Of a stretch of 64,000 nt of DNA, positions 1 through 12,959 are shown piece after piece (position 1 is the stretch's first letter; the number at the start of each line of letters is the position of its first letter). A model generated the notes under the pieces. That model was not told where the DNA came from. It did not search any database and saw only the letters and a program-made list of their open reading frames with translations. Source of the DNA: Schmidtea polychroa (Eukaryota); the NCBI GenBank assembly GCA_044892525.1, contig CM097885.1, positions 43,774,001 to 43,838,000 on the forward strand. Direction: 5' to 3'. The translations under genes and the position numbers were made by a program.

Positions 1-170
1 CCTCCCATATTTTATACCTCTGATAATAATAATATTACAATGAATTATATATGTATTCCGATTATTATTCCGTTTTATAATTATTATGCGATAAAACGGC
101 TTAAGAATTGTTAATAAAGACATTAAATATAAATGCAATTAACTATTAATATTTAAATCTATTAATATAT

Positions 171-3100
171 TTGATATATATTTATAATTCACCAGGTAAA
201 TTGTACCCACGCTACTGCATGTCATCAAATGATCATACAAATATATGCCATAAAAATATGAAAACATACTACGGTCATAGATTCTATGGCATCAACTACT
301 TTATATGTCCAATATGCGAGACTTCCCAAAGCATTAAATATATAGAGTTTTATAATATTCACAAATCACATTTAAATCTGTTCTCTTTAAATAAAAAAAA
401 TTGTTTATCAAAATACAACAATCAACACATAATACCACAAAACACATAAATACAAAACCTATAAATAATAATTATAATACAAAAGATGTAAATAATAATG
501 TAAATAATACTAATCTAAATACGAATCTAAATACTAAAATAACTAAACATAGTTACATCCCCACACCATCGGCTTTAAATTCTAAAAAAGCAATAGTAAA
601 CGTCAAAAACACCGACGATATGTGCTTTATATATAGTATTTTAGCCCTTTTAAAACGTAATGTAGTACTATAACTCTATTTCTATAAATAGAAATAGAGT
701 TAGTTCCTATGAAAATTATCTTGACGAGTTAAATTTTGACCCCATTTCTGATTGTCCAATGAAATTGTGTGACATCCCTAAATTTGAAAGGAAAAATAGT
801 GATTCAAATTTATCAATAAATGTTTTAATTTATATAAAGACCCCAGCTACGCCTTCTGAAAATGTAATTGACGATAATTATCATCATCATCCTCAATTAG
901 ATATCATTCACCGATCTAAGGTTATAGGTGGTGAACCCATATACTTACTTTTATTAGAAGACGGTGATAATTTTTATTATTATTTTCATTATACCGCAGC
1001 TTTTAACTTACAAAAATTAATGAACAGTATCTCCTGCAACCTTTGGATTAGAGTAAATTGGTGTCCTCATTGTCTCAATGGTTTTCGACTTGAAAAAGCA
1101 TTTAACTAAACTGCAGTAAGAATCAGATAGGTACAACTTTATATACACTACCGGAAGAGAAAAATTTAATTTTTTCAAATTATGCGAAGACAATCACCCC
1201 GCCATTCGTGATATATGCCGATTTTGAGGCGATTTTACCCGAGGATGTAATACACCATCAAAAGCACTTGCCAATAACAGCAGGTATGTTATTAATTAAT
1301 AATTATAATAACACTAGATTTTATTATGAGTTTGTTGGTGATGATTGTGTGTTGTCTTTCTTTCTTAAGGTGGAGGAAATTGCGGTCAAAATTGTCCTGC
1401 CATATTACGAAATTAATGGGAAAAAGCCCATGCAAACCTTGTCTTTCGCTGAAGAGCGGGCTTTTCGATAATCCAGAACCTGTTACCTTTGTAAAAAAAC
1501 TATTGTAGATAGAGTTAGGGACCATTGCCACTTCTCAGGTAAGTGTTTAGGTGCTGCTTGTAGGAAATGTAATGTGTCTCGGCGAATTCTGAGACAGTTA
1601 CCGGTTGTGTTTCATAACTTGAAGGGGTATGATCTCCATCATATTTTGAAGTATGGTTTGAATAATTTTCCTTCTTGGAAATTAAATATTATTCCGACTA
1701 CTACTGAGAAATTCATCTCCCTCATCGCGTATATTAACAAATTGCCTGTTCGTTTTATTGACAGCATGCAGTTTTTTAATTCATCTTTAACAAAAGCGGT
1801 TAAGACTCTTTCCGATCTACCTTTAATTTCTTCTGTTTTTGATGGCACAATTGTTCGAGCCAAAGGTATCTTTCCTTATAAATTCGCCACATCTCTTGGT
1901 GTTCTGGAATCGACTCTTGAATTACCTCCTATCTGGGATTCTGTGTCTAATGATGAGTATGCATTAGCCCAAGTTATTTGGAATCAGCAAAATTGCAACA
2001 ACATGTTAGATTACATGTTAACTTACCTGAAGTTAGACGTGTTTCTCCTCGCAGATTATTTTCAACAATTCCGTGAAAAGGCCATTGCTTACAATGGTCT
2101 GGAGCCTCTTAATTTCTATGGCATTCCCGGTATGTCATGGGCCTCAGCGCTTATGACATTAACGGAACCCATTGAACTTTTGCAGGACATGGAAATGTTT
2201 AATTTCTATGAAGGAGGAATACGGGGTGGGTTAACATTTGTTATCAAACATTATGTTGCTAGTTCTGAAGACACAGAACTCTTGTATATTGATATAAATA
2301 ACTTGTATGGTTGGGCATTAAGCCAAAAGCTTCCGTATGCTGACTTTGAATGGGTGTATGATGATCTTTATTCTGTCTTGAATGAATGTATGAATGAGGA
2401 TATTGAAATTCTTCCATATGGATATACAATGGAAGTGGATATCGATATCCCTCAGTGTGTGCATGAGTTTTTGAATGATTTTCCGATTGCTCCGGAAAAG
2501 ATGTGCAGGCCAGATTCGAAAGTTAAGAACCTGATGCTCATTGACGACTTCTCAAGTTGTATATAGAATTGGGGGCTGTAATTAAAGCTGTACACAGGGC
2601 AATTAAATTTAAGCATGCACCCATTTTTAAATCGTACATAGACAAAAACACTAATTTACGAGCCAATTCTACATGCGAATTATATAGGGATCTATACAAA
2701 TTATTTAACAATAGCTTGTATGGTAAATCGGTGGAGAACCTGAAAAAAACGGATCAATTTGAGGCTATGCAATTTAGCTGAAAAGATGATTGTATATGCA
2801 TCAAAACCTACTTTCAGAAAATTGCTGATGATCTGATTACGGCTTATCTGGATAAAAATTCTATATGTTTAGACAGGCCTAGCTACATTGGTCAAACAGT
2901 GTTACATTTGTCTAAACTGAGGATGTACCAGTTACAGTATATAGAATTGTCTAAATATCGTTTACAGTTTAACTGTGATATAAATATCGTTGCCGGTGAC
3001 ACTGACTCCTTTTTCCTAGAGATAAAGCACTGTAAGCTTGACACTCTTTTGTCGGCAATGATTCGTGATAATCTTTTAGATACTAGCAATTATGATCCTG

Positions 3101-3585
3101 CTCATCCTTTGTATTTAAAGAGTTTGGATTCTGTAATAGGAAAATTTAAGGACGAAAGTAAAGGGCTTGGTTATAAAGAGTGGGTTTTCTTAAGACCCAA
3201 GTGTTATAGTTTGTTAGGAGATAAGGCAACACTTAGGGCTAAGGAAGTTCAGCTTGGTAATACTGAGATAGGGCACCAGTCTTATTTAGACTGCTACAAC
3301 AACAGCGTAGTATATACGGTGCCGCAAACTATAATAGGGACGCGTAACCACCAGCTTCTTACGTTTAAAAATACCAAGATTACATTGTCAAACAACTATG
3401 ACAAACGATTATGGGTGGGGAAAAATTCCAGTCTCGCATTTGGGCATTATTTAGGAATAGATGCCTTAGATGTTGATCAAGTAATTTCAGAAATTCGTCC
3501 ACTATTCGGAGGTCGAAGTCCAGATTTCAATGATGCCAATGATGGCAATGATATTGATATAGCTGACGTATTAGTATCGAATTGA
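171..3585 (+). pseudogene. Protein-primed family B DNA polymerase (pPolB), broken by stops and frameshifts
   Basis: Collinear motifs across ORF pieces: YIPTP..KKAIVNVKNTDDMCF (401-673), IYADFE (exo I), CYLC..RDHCH..C..CN (endonuclease VII-like, 1481-1573), VFHNLKGYD (exo II), FIDS, KGIFPY, YLKLDV (exo III), YIDINNLYG (motif A), KLFNNSLYGK (motif B), GDTDS (motif C), LRPKCY. Confidence 0.93.
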
Positions 3586-3660
3586 TCTGTGATTTAATAT
3601 ATCTTTTAATGACTTAATTTATTATCATTTTTATGAAAACTAATAATAATTTTGTAAATC

Positions 3661-3661
<1 letters not shown>

Positions 3662-3755
<94 letters not shown>

Positions 3756-3861
3756 CATCATCATCATCATAATAATAATAATAATCATCATCATAATAAT
3801 AATAATCATAATAATAATAATAACATTGATAATAGTTATAATAATAATATTAATAATAATA
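3662..3861. repeat. (AAT)n/(CAT)n compound microsatellite
   Basis: Seen directly; produces the poly-N and poly-I ORF artefacts. Confidence 0.97.
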
Positions 3862-6501
3862 ACCTTTTTGAGCGTGACCAGTACCATTGCTAGCAATACC
3901 CATATGGGGATAAAATATCTTGTCGGATAAACTCGGAGTATATATAATAATAATAATCCTGGTGTTTCAAAGACTTATTTTCAAATTATAATATCCCTTG
4001 GCGGGAACTCTCGAATTTTAAATTAAAAAAAACAATTGACCTTAACCTTAAAAAATTTGATCTTGACCTACATATTTTACCTTGATAAGAATTTTAAAAA
4101 TTTCCCCTGGGGAGGGGGAGGGGAAGGGTGTATGTGATCCAGCGGAGTCGTGATCTAGCGGAGACATATCTATCTACTCAAAAATAATATAAGAGAGAAG
4201 TGCCGGATAAAACATTGTTAAGGCCCATCGGCTGTCGAAATTTCGGGCCCCTCTTGCAAATTATCTCCTAATGCGTTTATTTGTTTTACCGACTACAATT
4301 TAAAAAAAAATATTAATTTTTATTAAACAAACTAAACGTTAACAATTATTAATATTATTTAATTTTGATAAACCAGCAAGACTTTAAATGTTGATCTTGC
4401 TTAATTTGTTTTTTGCGACATCTTTCAGGATATCTTGGAAGTCGAACATTTCCAATATATCGTATTCAGTGGCCATGATAGCAAGTGAGTTCAATCGTTC
4501 TTGTGTCATTGAAGATTGATGACAATTTTTCAGTAAATTTTAACTTTGAAATGGTTCGTTTGTCAGTAATGTTCGTGATCATGAGACACCTATAAATTCC
4601 TAACGCTGCCATAACATATGGAATCGTTTGTGATACTGGCATTGCCTTACCATAACTTTCTAGCTGTGATATGAAATACTTGACATGAACCATTTCATCT
4701 GCAAACTTCTATTCGATTACCTCGGGATAGTTCTTTCTAAATATTTGTGCAGGTACTTTAATTTTAGCGTCTGATGTCTATAGAAAATCAACAAGGAACT
4801 CAAACAGAGAATACACTTTGTTATATGCATCCATACGACGGGAAAGATTTTCAGATATTCTCGTACCCCGACGATAAGAAGCTGCTAAAACATCTTCTAA
4901 ATTGTTTTTTAAATCCGGTTCAAAAGTTAAAGACAAAATTCCAAATATTTATTTAATGAAATATTGTATAATATTGAATAAAATATTTTCAAAACCATTT
5001 ATCAAAATATTTCAATATTTAAAACATATTTATTTAAATCTTTCATTAATAAAACTTCTTTTTTAAAAAGCTATTTTAATTTTTAATTTAAAAATTTCAA
5101 CTTAAAAAATCCAATTTAAAAATTATTTAAAGTTATTTTAATAGTCAATTATTTACAATTTAAAATTATTTTGATAAACCATTGAAATATTTTGTCCCCT
5201 TATGGGTATTGGTCAAACTCAACATGTTGCAAGGGTACCTATTACTTGATAATTTATTATTTCAATAATAAATGTTTACAATAAATTGAGCTATTTTGTC
5301 CTGGGTTATTTTGACGGATCACTAGAATTGTGAATTGGTATTCTAAGGAAAATGTCTTAGGTTGAATAGAAGGTGTTGATGATCAAGCTCATCAACAGAG
5401 AGATCACAGCTAGGAAAACAAAGGTTTCAGCTTCTCGAATGTTTGGCATATTTTTCATTGATTTTGATGAGAGTTAATGATTGAAATGTCGCATGATGAA
5501 TGAATTGTTTTATATCGTTTTTGAATGAAAAGAATATTTAAACAATAATTTTAATGTAATTATAATTAATTTAATAATATATTTTAAGTTATATTATTAA
5601 GTTGATATTTTTAATAATGTGGAAGTCAGAGGCACTACATATTCCAAAAAGAATATTTTTGTCCAGTCGAACTGATTAAGTCTCAATATTTAAATTTTAT
5701 TGTTCATGTAAAAAAAGAAGATATTGTAGTAAATAAATTGTTAATGAAATTAAATAAGAATTTATCATGCAATGAAAATATATTCATCAACAATCGAAAA
5801 TCTGGTTATCATGATACCTTTAAATTGAATAAAAAGACAAAGAAAGCTGGTTTGTCAATATTTAAATGCAAGAATATGAAATTCATTTAAAAGATGTCAT
5901 ATCGCCAATATAAAGAATAGAAAGCGCTCTAATTTCCATAGGATTTTAATAAATGTTTATTTAGTAATAAGATTTTTTATTTTATATAGAAGAATGTATT
6001 ATATTAAGTCTATGTTTAAGCGGGTAAATGTATGTGTATACATGTAACTCGGCGTTAAGAGTCATGTTAGTTGTAAATGGTGATATAGTAGAAGACAATC
6101 CACATATAAAAGTTCTAGAATTGAATACAGTTCTTAAGAGTGTCAATTTGGCACTCAAAAAGGACGTGAAAAAGTCGAATTGATGGTGGGTTCAGCCATG
6201 GTGAATAGTTGGTTGAAACAATTCTTAGCAACAGAAGTAGGCCTCGAGTTCACAGATATTTGAAGACTCATATTAGACTTTGATTGGTAATTATCATGGA
6301 AGTTACTGACAGTGACAGTAAATTATTTGGTTTTCCCTTTTGACTTACTGCTTAGAAATAGATTTTTTCATAATTATTAAAAATAATTAATTAGTTTTTT
6401 TCACGAAATATTTGAAATATTAAACCAATTTTATAATCCGACAAAATAAATAATATGTAGATCCTTGTATTTAAACACATATCAAGTCACTGAATCAAAA
6501 T

Positions 6502-7366
6502 TTAATTTGAATTCTGATTTATCCATCTTGCTACTTCAGATACCCGAGTGAACACGGTTGGCACATTTGCTTTACCACAGGGAACTTGTCCGTAACTGAC
6601 AATTCCTACCTGAATGTGATGTCTTCGTCCATCAGTGCAAAACAATGGTCCTCCAGAATCTCCTCTACAAGCTGAAGTTGACAAACTGCCACTTCCTGCG
6701 CAAACGTTGCTGGCCACATACCAAACATTGCTGAAGATTCTACTACATTCAGAATTTGATAAAATCTAAAGTTTCACAAAATTTATTAATATATTTTAAA
6801 TGCACAAATAAATTTACATTAATTGCAGCTTTTTGTAAGAATCGCGAAGTATCCTGTCCTGGGGGTAACATGCTTCCCCAACCTACTACTTCACATCTAT
6901 CACCTGGCTTACTAATTGAACTGAGGTCTAATTCACCGTACTTTATGTAATTATATTGTGTATTTGATATATAACCATCGAATTTAATAAGGGCCACATC
7001 ATTTCCGTATACATATGCAAATTCATGTGTATATGATGGATGAATGATTGTTTTTGTTACTTGGAAAATCTTTTCAACTCCATACATTTGATATAAATCA
7101 TATTCTCCGAGATATATCTTCGTGTCATAATACTTGAATGTATTTAAGTCCCAATTCCTCATTTCCCAAACACAATGCGCTGCGGTTAGTACGGTGTTTC
7201 CATTCAATAACGTCCCTCCACAGAAATGGTTACCCTGGACCTTTATGGACACCATTTGTGGATATTCATGCATAATTGCTCTAGTCCCGTTGATTATTTT
7301 CCATCCTGACGTGATTGTGCTGCAGGAGATCAACAACACCAGAAATAATGAAATATTTTTAATCAT
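6502..7366 (-). CDS. Secreted S1A serine protease, paralog 1 (270 aa); exons 7366-6818 and 6765-6502
   Basis: Signal peptide [15 protein letters not shown], mature start IING, TAAHC, NDVAL, GDSGGP. A 52-bp phase-0 GT-AG intron (6766-6817) restores one open frame ending ...WINQNSN*. Confidence 0.95.
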
Positions 7367-8539
7367 TTTTCTATTAAAATTTATCAATTTTTAAAAATAT
7401 TGTCTTTTTATACTAGTCAAACGACATGTAAAATCAGCACGTGCTATTAATTATATTCATTAATTATTTAATTATTTTTATCAGAAAAATTATTTACTCA
7501 AAATTATATAATTTTTATTCGTATAATTTATTAATTATAAAATTATCAGATAATTAAAATCAAAAATGATTAAATATTTAGCAAATTGCCTAGCAAATGT
7601 TCAATAACATGTAATTAATTATTTTTTTAATTGTTGAAAATCCTATAATATTGCTAAGTTATATACCAATTGTAGTTAATGCTTTTCATTGAGGAGTCCC
7701 AATAAAGAATTTTGTAGGGGTCCTCCTGCACTGATAAATCTAAGAAAAAACAATTCATCTTTATTAATAGCTTTTCTAAAATAATTTTTTTCCTACAATT
7801 TGCCTCCACATAACTTTTGATAATTCTTTTGTGTTATTTTTCTTATTCAATAGATAGAACTGTCAAACTGATAAAAGTTGTTAGGACACTTTAGTTTTTT
7901 AATTGTTTTTAATTAATTTTATGATAAAAAATAACCTTTCGTTGCTGTGAAAAGTTAAAGAAATTATTAATAATAAAATTATTGTAAATAAATCAAGAAA
8001 AGTAAACAATAATGCAAGGCCCCTCAAAATTAATAAAGTAGAAAGTTCATTATAGATATAATATTCTTAATTTCTGAGCCCCTTCTTTTTTCAAATGACA
8101 TTAATTTATGACAGAATAAAATAAAATTGAATAGAAGATTAAAAAAATGATTAATAGAGAAGAGTAAAAAGAAAGGAAGAAGTAATCTACAGAATTGTAT
8201 GAATTATTTTGAGAACGGTGAAATTTAATTAATTTTCTTATTTACCGTTGAATAAAATTAAACTGTTCAAAGTTGTTATTATTGTTTATTTATTATCATT
8301 GTTGTTTAAAAAATGAAATGACACACACACACACACAACATTCACCCCAACCGCCCGAACACACTTTTTCAGGTGCTCAATTCGGCTCAACATTTTCCTT
8401 GCATACTTCATTACAATAAAACAAAATTACAACATCACTGATTTTTTTTCCATTGTATTTATTAAAGAGCTTGAATATTAAGGATTCGCATAACGTAATA
8501 TAATAATAGGACAATCAATTATTCCACTACAATTACATC

Positions 8540-9008
8540 GGGATCCGGACAAAAAGCCGACATGAACAAAAGCAAACAAAAAGATAATTTAATTCATATA
8601 TTATAATTTAAAAGTTTTTATTGTAAAGAATAAGCATAATTTTAAATTGTTTCAATAATACTTATTTATTATTATTTATTATTATAAATTTAGTCTGTAT
8701 ATGACAACGAAATAGACGCCATACTAAGAACTCAAAACAAAGTGGAGGATTCGCACAGAATATGGCAAATATTGGTTGGAAAAAATCATCCTGAAATATT
8801 CTACATAATTTTTTTACGGAGAATATAATTACGGGGCGTATAATTTAAGTTTTTTTGATTTTTATTGTAGAAATATTTTTCTGCATATTTTTCTTTAAAT
8901 AAATGATGTTATTTTAATTGTTTATTTATTCTATAAAATTATAAAATTACTTAGTCGGCTTTTAAGCCTGTAAGCTATTTGTCCTCGTCGGCCTTTTGTC
9001 GTAGACCC
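8540..9008 (+). mobile_element. Non-autonomous Mutator-like (MULE) element
   Basis: Imperfect 22-bp TIRs (GGGATCCGGACAAAAAGCCGAC / GTCGGCCTTTTGTCGTAGACCC), exact 10-bp TSD CAATTACATC, internal MULE C-terminal remnant RTQNKVEDSHRIWQILVGKNHP. Confidence 0.88.
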
Positions 9009-9754
9009 CAATTACATCACAACATCCCAATTTTTTTTTAATATTCCCAAACGGGAGCTAACGGTGTCATGGGCCAAATTTATGGGAAAATAATATAATC
9101 TTTTCAGCGAAAAAATACGTGAGTAAATTTACTAATTTATTACGTTTGACTTTGTTCAATTCCTTGATTTAAAGGTTAAATATATCGATTTCTAATAACA
9201 AGAATTTATAGGTGTTATATTATAGAAGTACAAATTACTTATTTTTTACTAAATAATGCTTCTGATATTTAATAAATAATGTCGATGGAAAATGATAAGT
9301 TAAATATACAAAGTGAAGTCTTCTTCAGTCAATAAGCTCGACATAAAACAAAATTATACAATGTATATAAATTGCACATAAAATACTTTACTTAAAATTT
9401 ACTATCATATTAAGATTATTTTTGTAAAGAAATTATTTTTTTAAGCCTACTTAGAATTTTTTTTTCTAACAAAATTTTATTCTATTTTTAAAATAGTTTT
9501 TACTTTATGATAACCGCCATTATTTTTGGACAGATACCGAATACGGATATGAGTCCGCTTGTTCGCGGATATATTTTATACGGATATTCCAAACCATCAA
9601 ACTCTACATCTATGAAGAAAAAACTGATAAACTGTAGTTGAAAGTTAACACTAAAACTACCAATCCGTCAAAATGAATTTTTTATTTACATATATTTATT
9701 TATACATATATTTATATTAAGTTTACTCAGTTCAATTTGGCGAAAATAATTGTA

Positions 9755-10456
9755 CACCTAATTGTTTTTTTACACGAATTAAAAAGATTTTTTTTTCTTT
9801 TTTTACACGAATTGCTTTGTTTTAACACGATTTTCAATATTCTATTAATTTTTTTTTGATGTTTTATTAATATTTTTTATTTTTATTTTTCACAAATTAT
9901 GTATACATACATGAATATATGAATATCTTACAGAGAACTTTATAATGGTTTAACACGAAACCAAACACAATCTTTAATAACTGATTTCGTTCTAAAAGTT
10001 TCTGAATTATCAACACATGAGACTAGTGATAATTATACAAAAATAATTTCCCTAGACGATGAACAAAATAATTCGAGTGATAGCAATGATATTGTAGTCT
10101 TACGCAAACATATACGTGTGTCAGAAAATGACAATGAATAAAAATTTGTTATGTTTATATTATTTTTACTTTTTTTATATTTATGATTTTCTGATATTAT
10201 TTTCTTTTTTTCAAATCATAATTTATCTTTTATATAATATATTTAATGAATTAAAATGTGTAAGCACGAAAAATAAATTCTTTTGTGAACTCTAACAAGG
10301 ATTTTTTTATATTTATTATTATACTTTTGTTTGTTTATTGTACTTTTGCTGCTTTTTTAGGTATGGAACCAATCTACGATTTTTCCATTCAGCCAATATA
10401 TTTTTTTACACGAATTATTTAGGAACGTATCTATCGTGTAAAAACAGAATTAGGTG
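9755..10456 (+). mobile_element. pogo/Tigger-like deletion derivative
   Basis: TA on both flanks, TIR CACCTAATTgTtTTTTTACACGA, repeated TT(T/A)ACACGA subterminal motif, residual Tigger-like C-terminus RELYNGLTRNQTQSLITDFVLK followed by an acidic tail. Confidence 0.82.
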
Positions 10457-10662
10457 TATTTCTTTTTACAAATATAATAATATGAATTAAGTAATCATGT
10501 TTATAATAATATTTAATATGTGAAATAAAAGATGTAAAATTTGGACATAATTTTTATTATCTAACGCGTAATTTAAACAACTTATTACTTAATTAATTAG
10601 AATATGACACTTTCACATGCAATTGTAAATAAATTGAATAAAAACATTAGAATAATTTAAAA

Positions 10663-11524
10663 ATGAATAACAAAATCTATATTATCATTTCTATAGTTCT
10701 TACTTACAATTTGTCAGTGTCAGGATGGAAAATAATAAATGGAACACGAACTGTAATGCATCAGTATCCACAAATAGTGTCGATTCAGGTCGACGGTGAC
10801 CATATTTGTGGAGGGACTTTACTAAATGGAAATACAGTGCTTACTGCCGCACATTGTGTTTGGGATATGAGATTTTATACAATGGATTGGTTTGAATTCC
10901 ACCAAATAAAAGTTGTTCTAGGGGAGTATGATTTGCATCATATGAGTGGAAAGGAAAAAATCTTTCAAGTTACTAAAATTATGATGCATCCGACATATCA
11001 GCGGGCAAAGGGTTATATTGATGGAAATGATGTAGCGTTTATGAAATTTGATGGATTCATTTCTAATAATGAAATAGAATATATAAAGTATACAAAATTA
11101 GACACTGGTTTAAAACTAAATCCCGGAGAGCGCTGTGAAGTTGTAGGCTGGGGCAGTATGTTACCAGTTGGAGAAGACACTGCTCAATTTTTACAAAAGG
11201 CCTTTCTAGATGTATTTTGAATTATTCTTCTGAACTTAAGCATTTTCATTGACGATTTAGATTGTTTCCACTGAAGAGTGTTCTAAAACATATTTCAACG
11301 TACAAAATGTACCAAGCAATATATGTGCCGGTAGTGGATCTTTATCAATATCAGCTTGTAAAGGAGATTCAGGAGGACCTCTGTTTTGTAGGGATCAATC
11401 AAATAATCCAATTCAAGTTGGAATTGTTAGCTACAGTAAAATGCCGTGTGGTCAAGCCAATAAACCAACTGTCTATACACGAATATCTGAAGTTGCAAAA
11501 TGGATCATGTCGAACTCAAATTGA
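10663..11524 (+). CDS. Secreted S1A serine protease, paralog 2 (270 aa); exons 10663-11211 and 11261-11524
   Basis: Signal peptide, IING, TAAHC, NDVAF. After a 49-bp GT-AG intron (11212-11260) the frame reads IVSTEECS...SACKGDSGGP...PTVYTRISEVAKWIMSNSN*. Confidence 0.95.
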
Positions 11525-12959
11525 TAGATTTTATATATTTAAAATTTAAAATGGTAAAATAAAACCACAATAATAATAACATACTAATACTTTATTTACA
11601 GTTGGATTTTTTTTAATTTTGCAATATAAATATAAGTTTTTGGTGATTGTTAGAAGCAATTTAAACAAAATCTTTCAATTTAAACAAAAATGAATTGTCT
11701 TAAATAATATTAAGATAAAAGAGTATTTTTAATTTTATCATTATTACAATTATTGGCTACAAAAGTTAAAATTTATACTAAGACTATACAGGCCACGCGG
11801 TTACATAGGTAAATGTCGCCATAGTCCAGATGCTTTCTATAAAAATACCCCATAAGAATAACTGGGATTACGCACGAAATACATTTGATGTTTAATGCGT
11901 AAAATCTAACCGTATATTCGTTTGAAAATATATATTTTTAAATGTATTTAACAAATTGAATAAAGAATAAACATCAACAAATATTTTTTGGTTTAACCTG
12001 TCATTCTGTCGGTAGCTCATCTAATATGTGCATCTTCCAAATGTTATGGTCATAAGTATGTCAATGAAAGGAAACTATTTTTTTTAATCAACTGAATAAA
12101 AATTTTTCTGAGAAAAAGAAAAATTATTTATCTTAAATATACAAGTTTCTCTGACATATAGAGACATACCCCTATGAAACAATTAAAGAATAACGGCATA
12201 AAAAACTATTCACAATATATAAATTCTCAAGGATTTGTTACATTTTAAAATAAAACGTATTATGGTTTCTGTGGGGTATATATATAAATTAAATTATTAT
12301 TGTATGTTGTAATCCTTACTTATGCATTAACTATTTTTTGTAAAAACTCCCCAAACAATTTATGATGTGATTTGTTTAAATAGTATTGTGATTAAATAAT
12401 AAAACGTATTCGAAATATTGATTTTAAATGGATACAATTAATTCTGTGGCTAACAGTTTCCATAAAATATTTGGCAAAATTTGCAAACCTTTACATTTAC
12501 AGTAACATAAACAAACATAAAAAATGAAATAACAACAAGACTTTGTATATATTTAGTATTTCTTTGAATCATACAATTTTCATATGAAATATGTGAAATT
12601 ACACTTGATAAAGACAGTTCCGAAAATTTGTGTTATTTAGAAAAATAAATTTTTCAACAATAGTTACAATGAAGATAGTTTATATTTTTGGTCACATTTG
12701 ATTATTTTTCATTTGTAGAGATTTCATTTATTTCCATTATAACAGAAGATCAAAAATTAATTTTCTATTTGTTTTTTTGTGATTATGTAAATAAATTAAA
12801 TATTAAAACTAAATAGTTCAAAGGCGAATAAAATATAAAATATGTTGGTTTTATAATTTTATTTACATAACAAACAATATACTAATGTATTTGTAACAAT
12901 TCACAAAACCATTTATATATGAACTTAGACTTGCATAAAACGAAAATAATTATTTTAGT

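Larger units (their letters stand above)
1..4178 (+). mobile_element. Right-hand part of a decayed Polinton/Maverick element (left part lies outside the window)
   Basis: Contains a fragmented protein-primed PolB. It is followed by TGACCTT-type motifs (about 4037-4085), a G-rich tract, two GTGATC(C/T)AGCGGAG repeats and the end ...CATATCTATCTACT at 4178, which reads 5'-AGTAGATAG on the minus strand and fits the AG...CT Polinton terminus rule. Confidence 0.8.

Noticed and set aside
3606..3896. Poly-Ile and poly-Asn ORFs (also 14730, 38759, 44988)
   Set aside because: Translations of (AAT)n/(ATT)n microsatellites.
4400..4960. Coding-like relic downstream of the Polinton end
   Set aside because: Short ORFs with no motif I can assign.
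11262..11549. 95-aa ORF after protease 2 exon 1
   Set aside because: Wrong frame; the real exon 2 starts at 11261 and carries GDSGGP.
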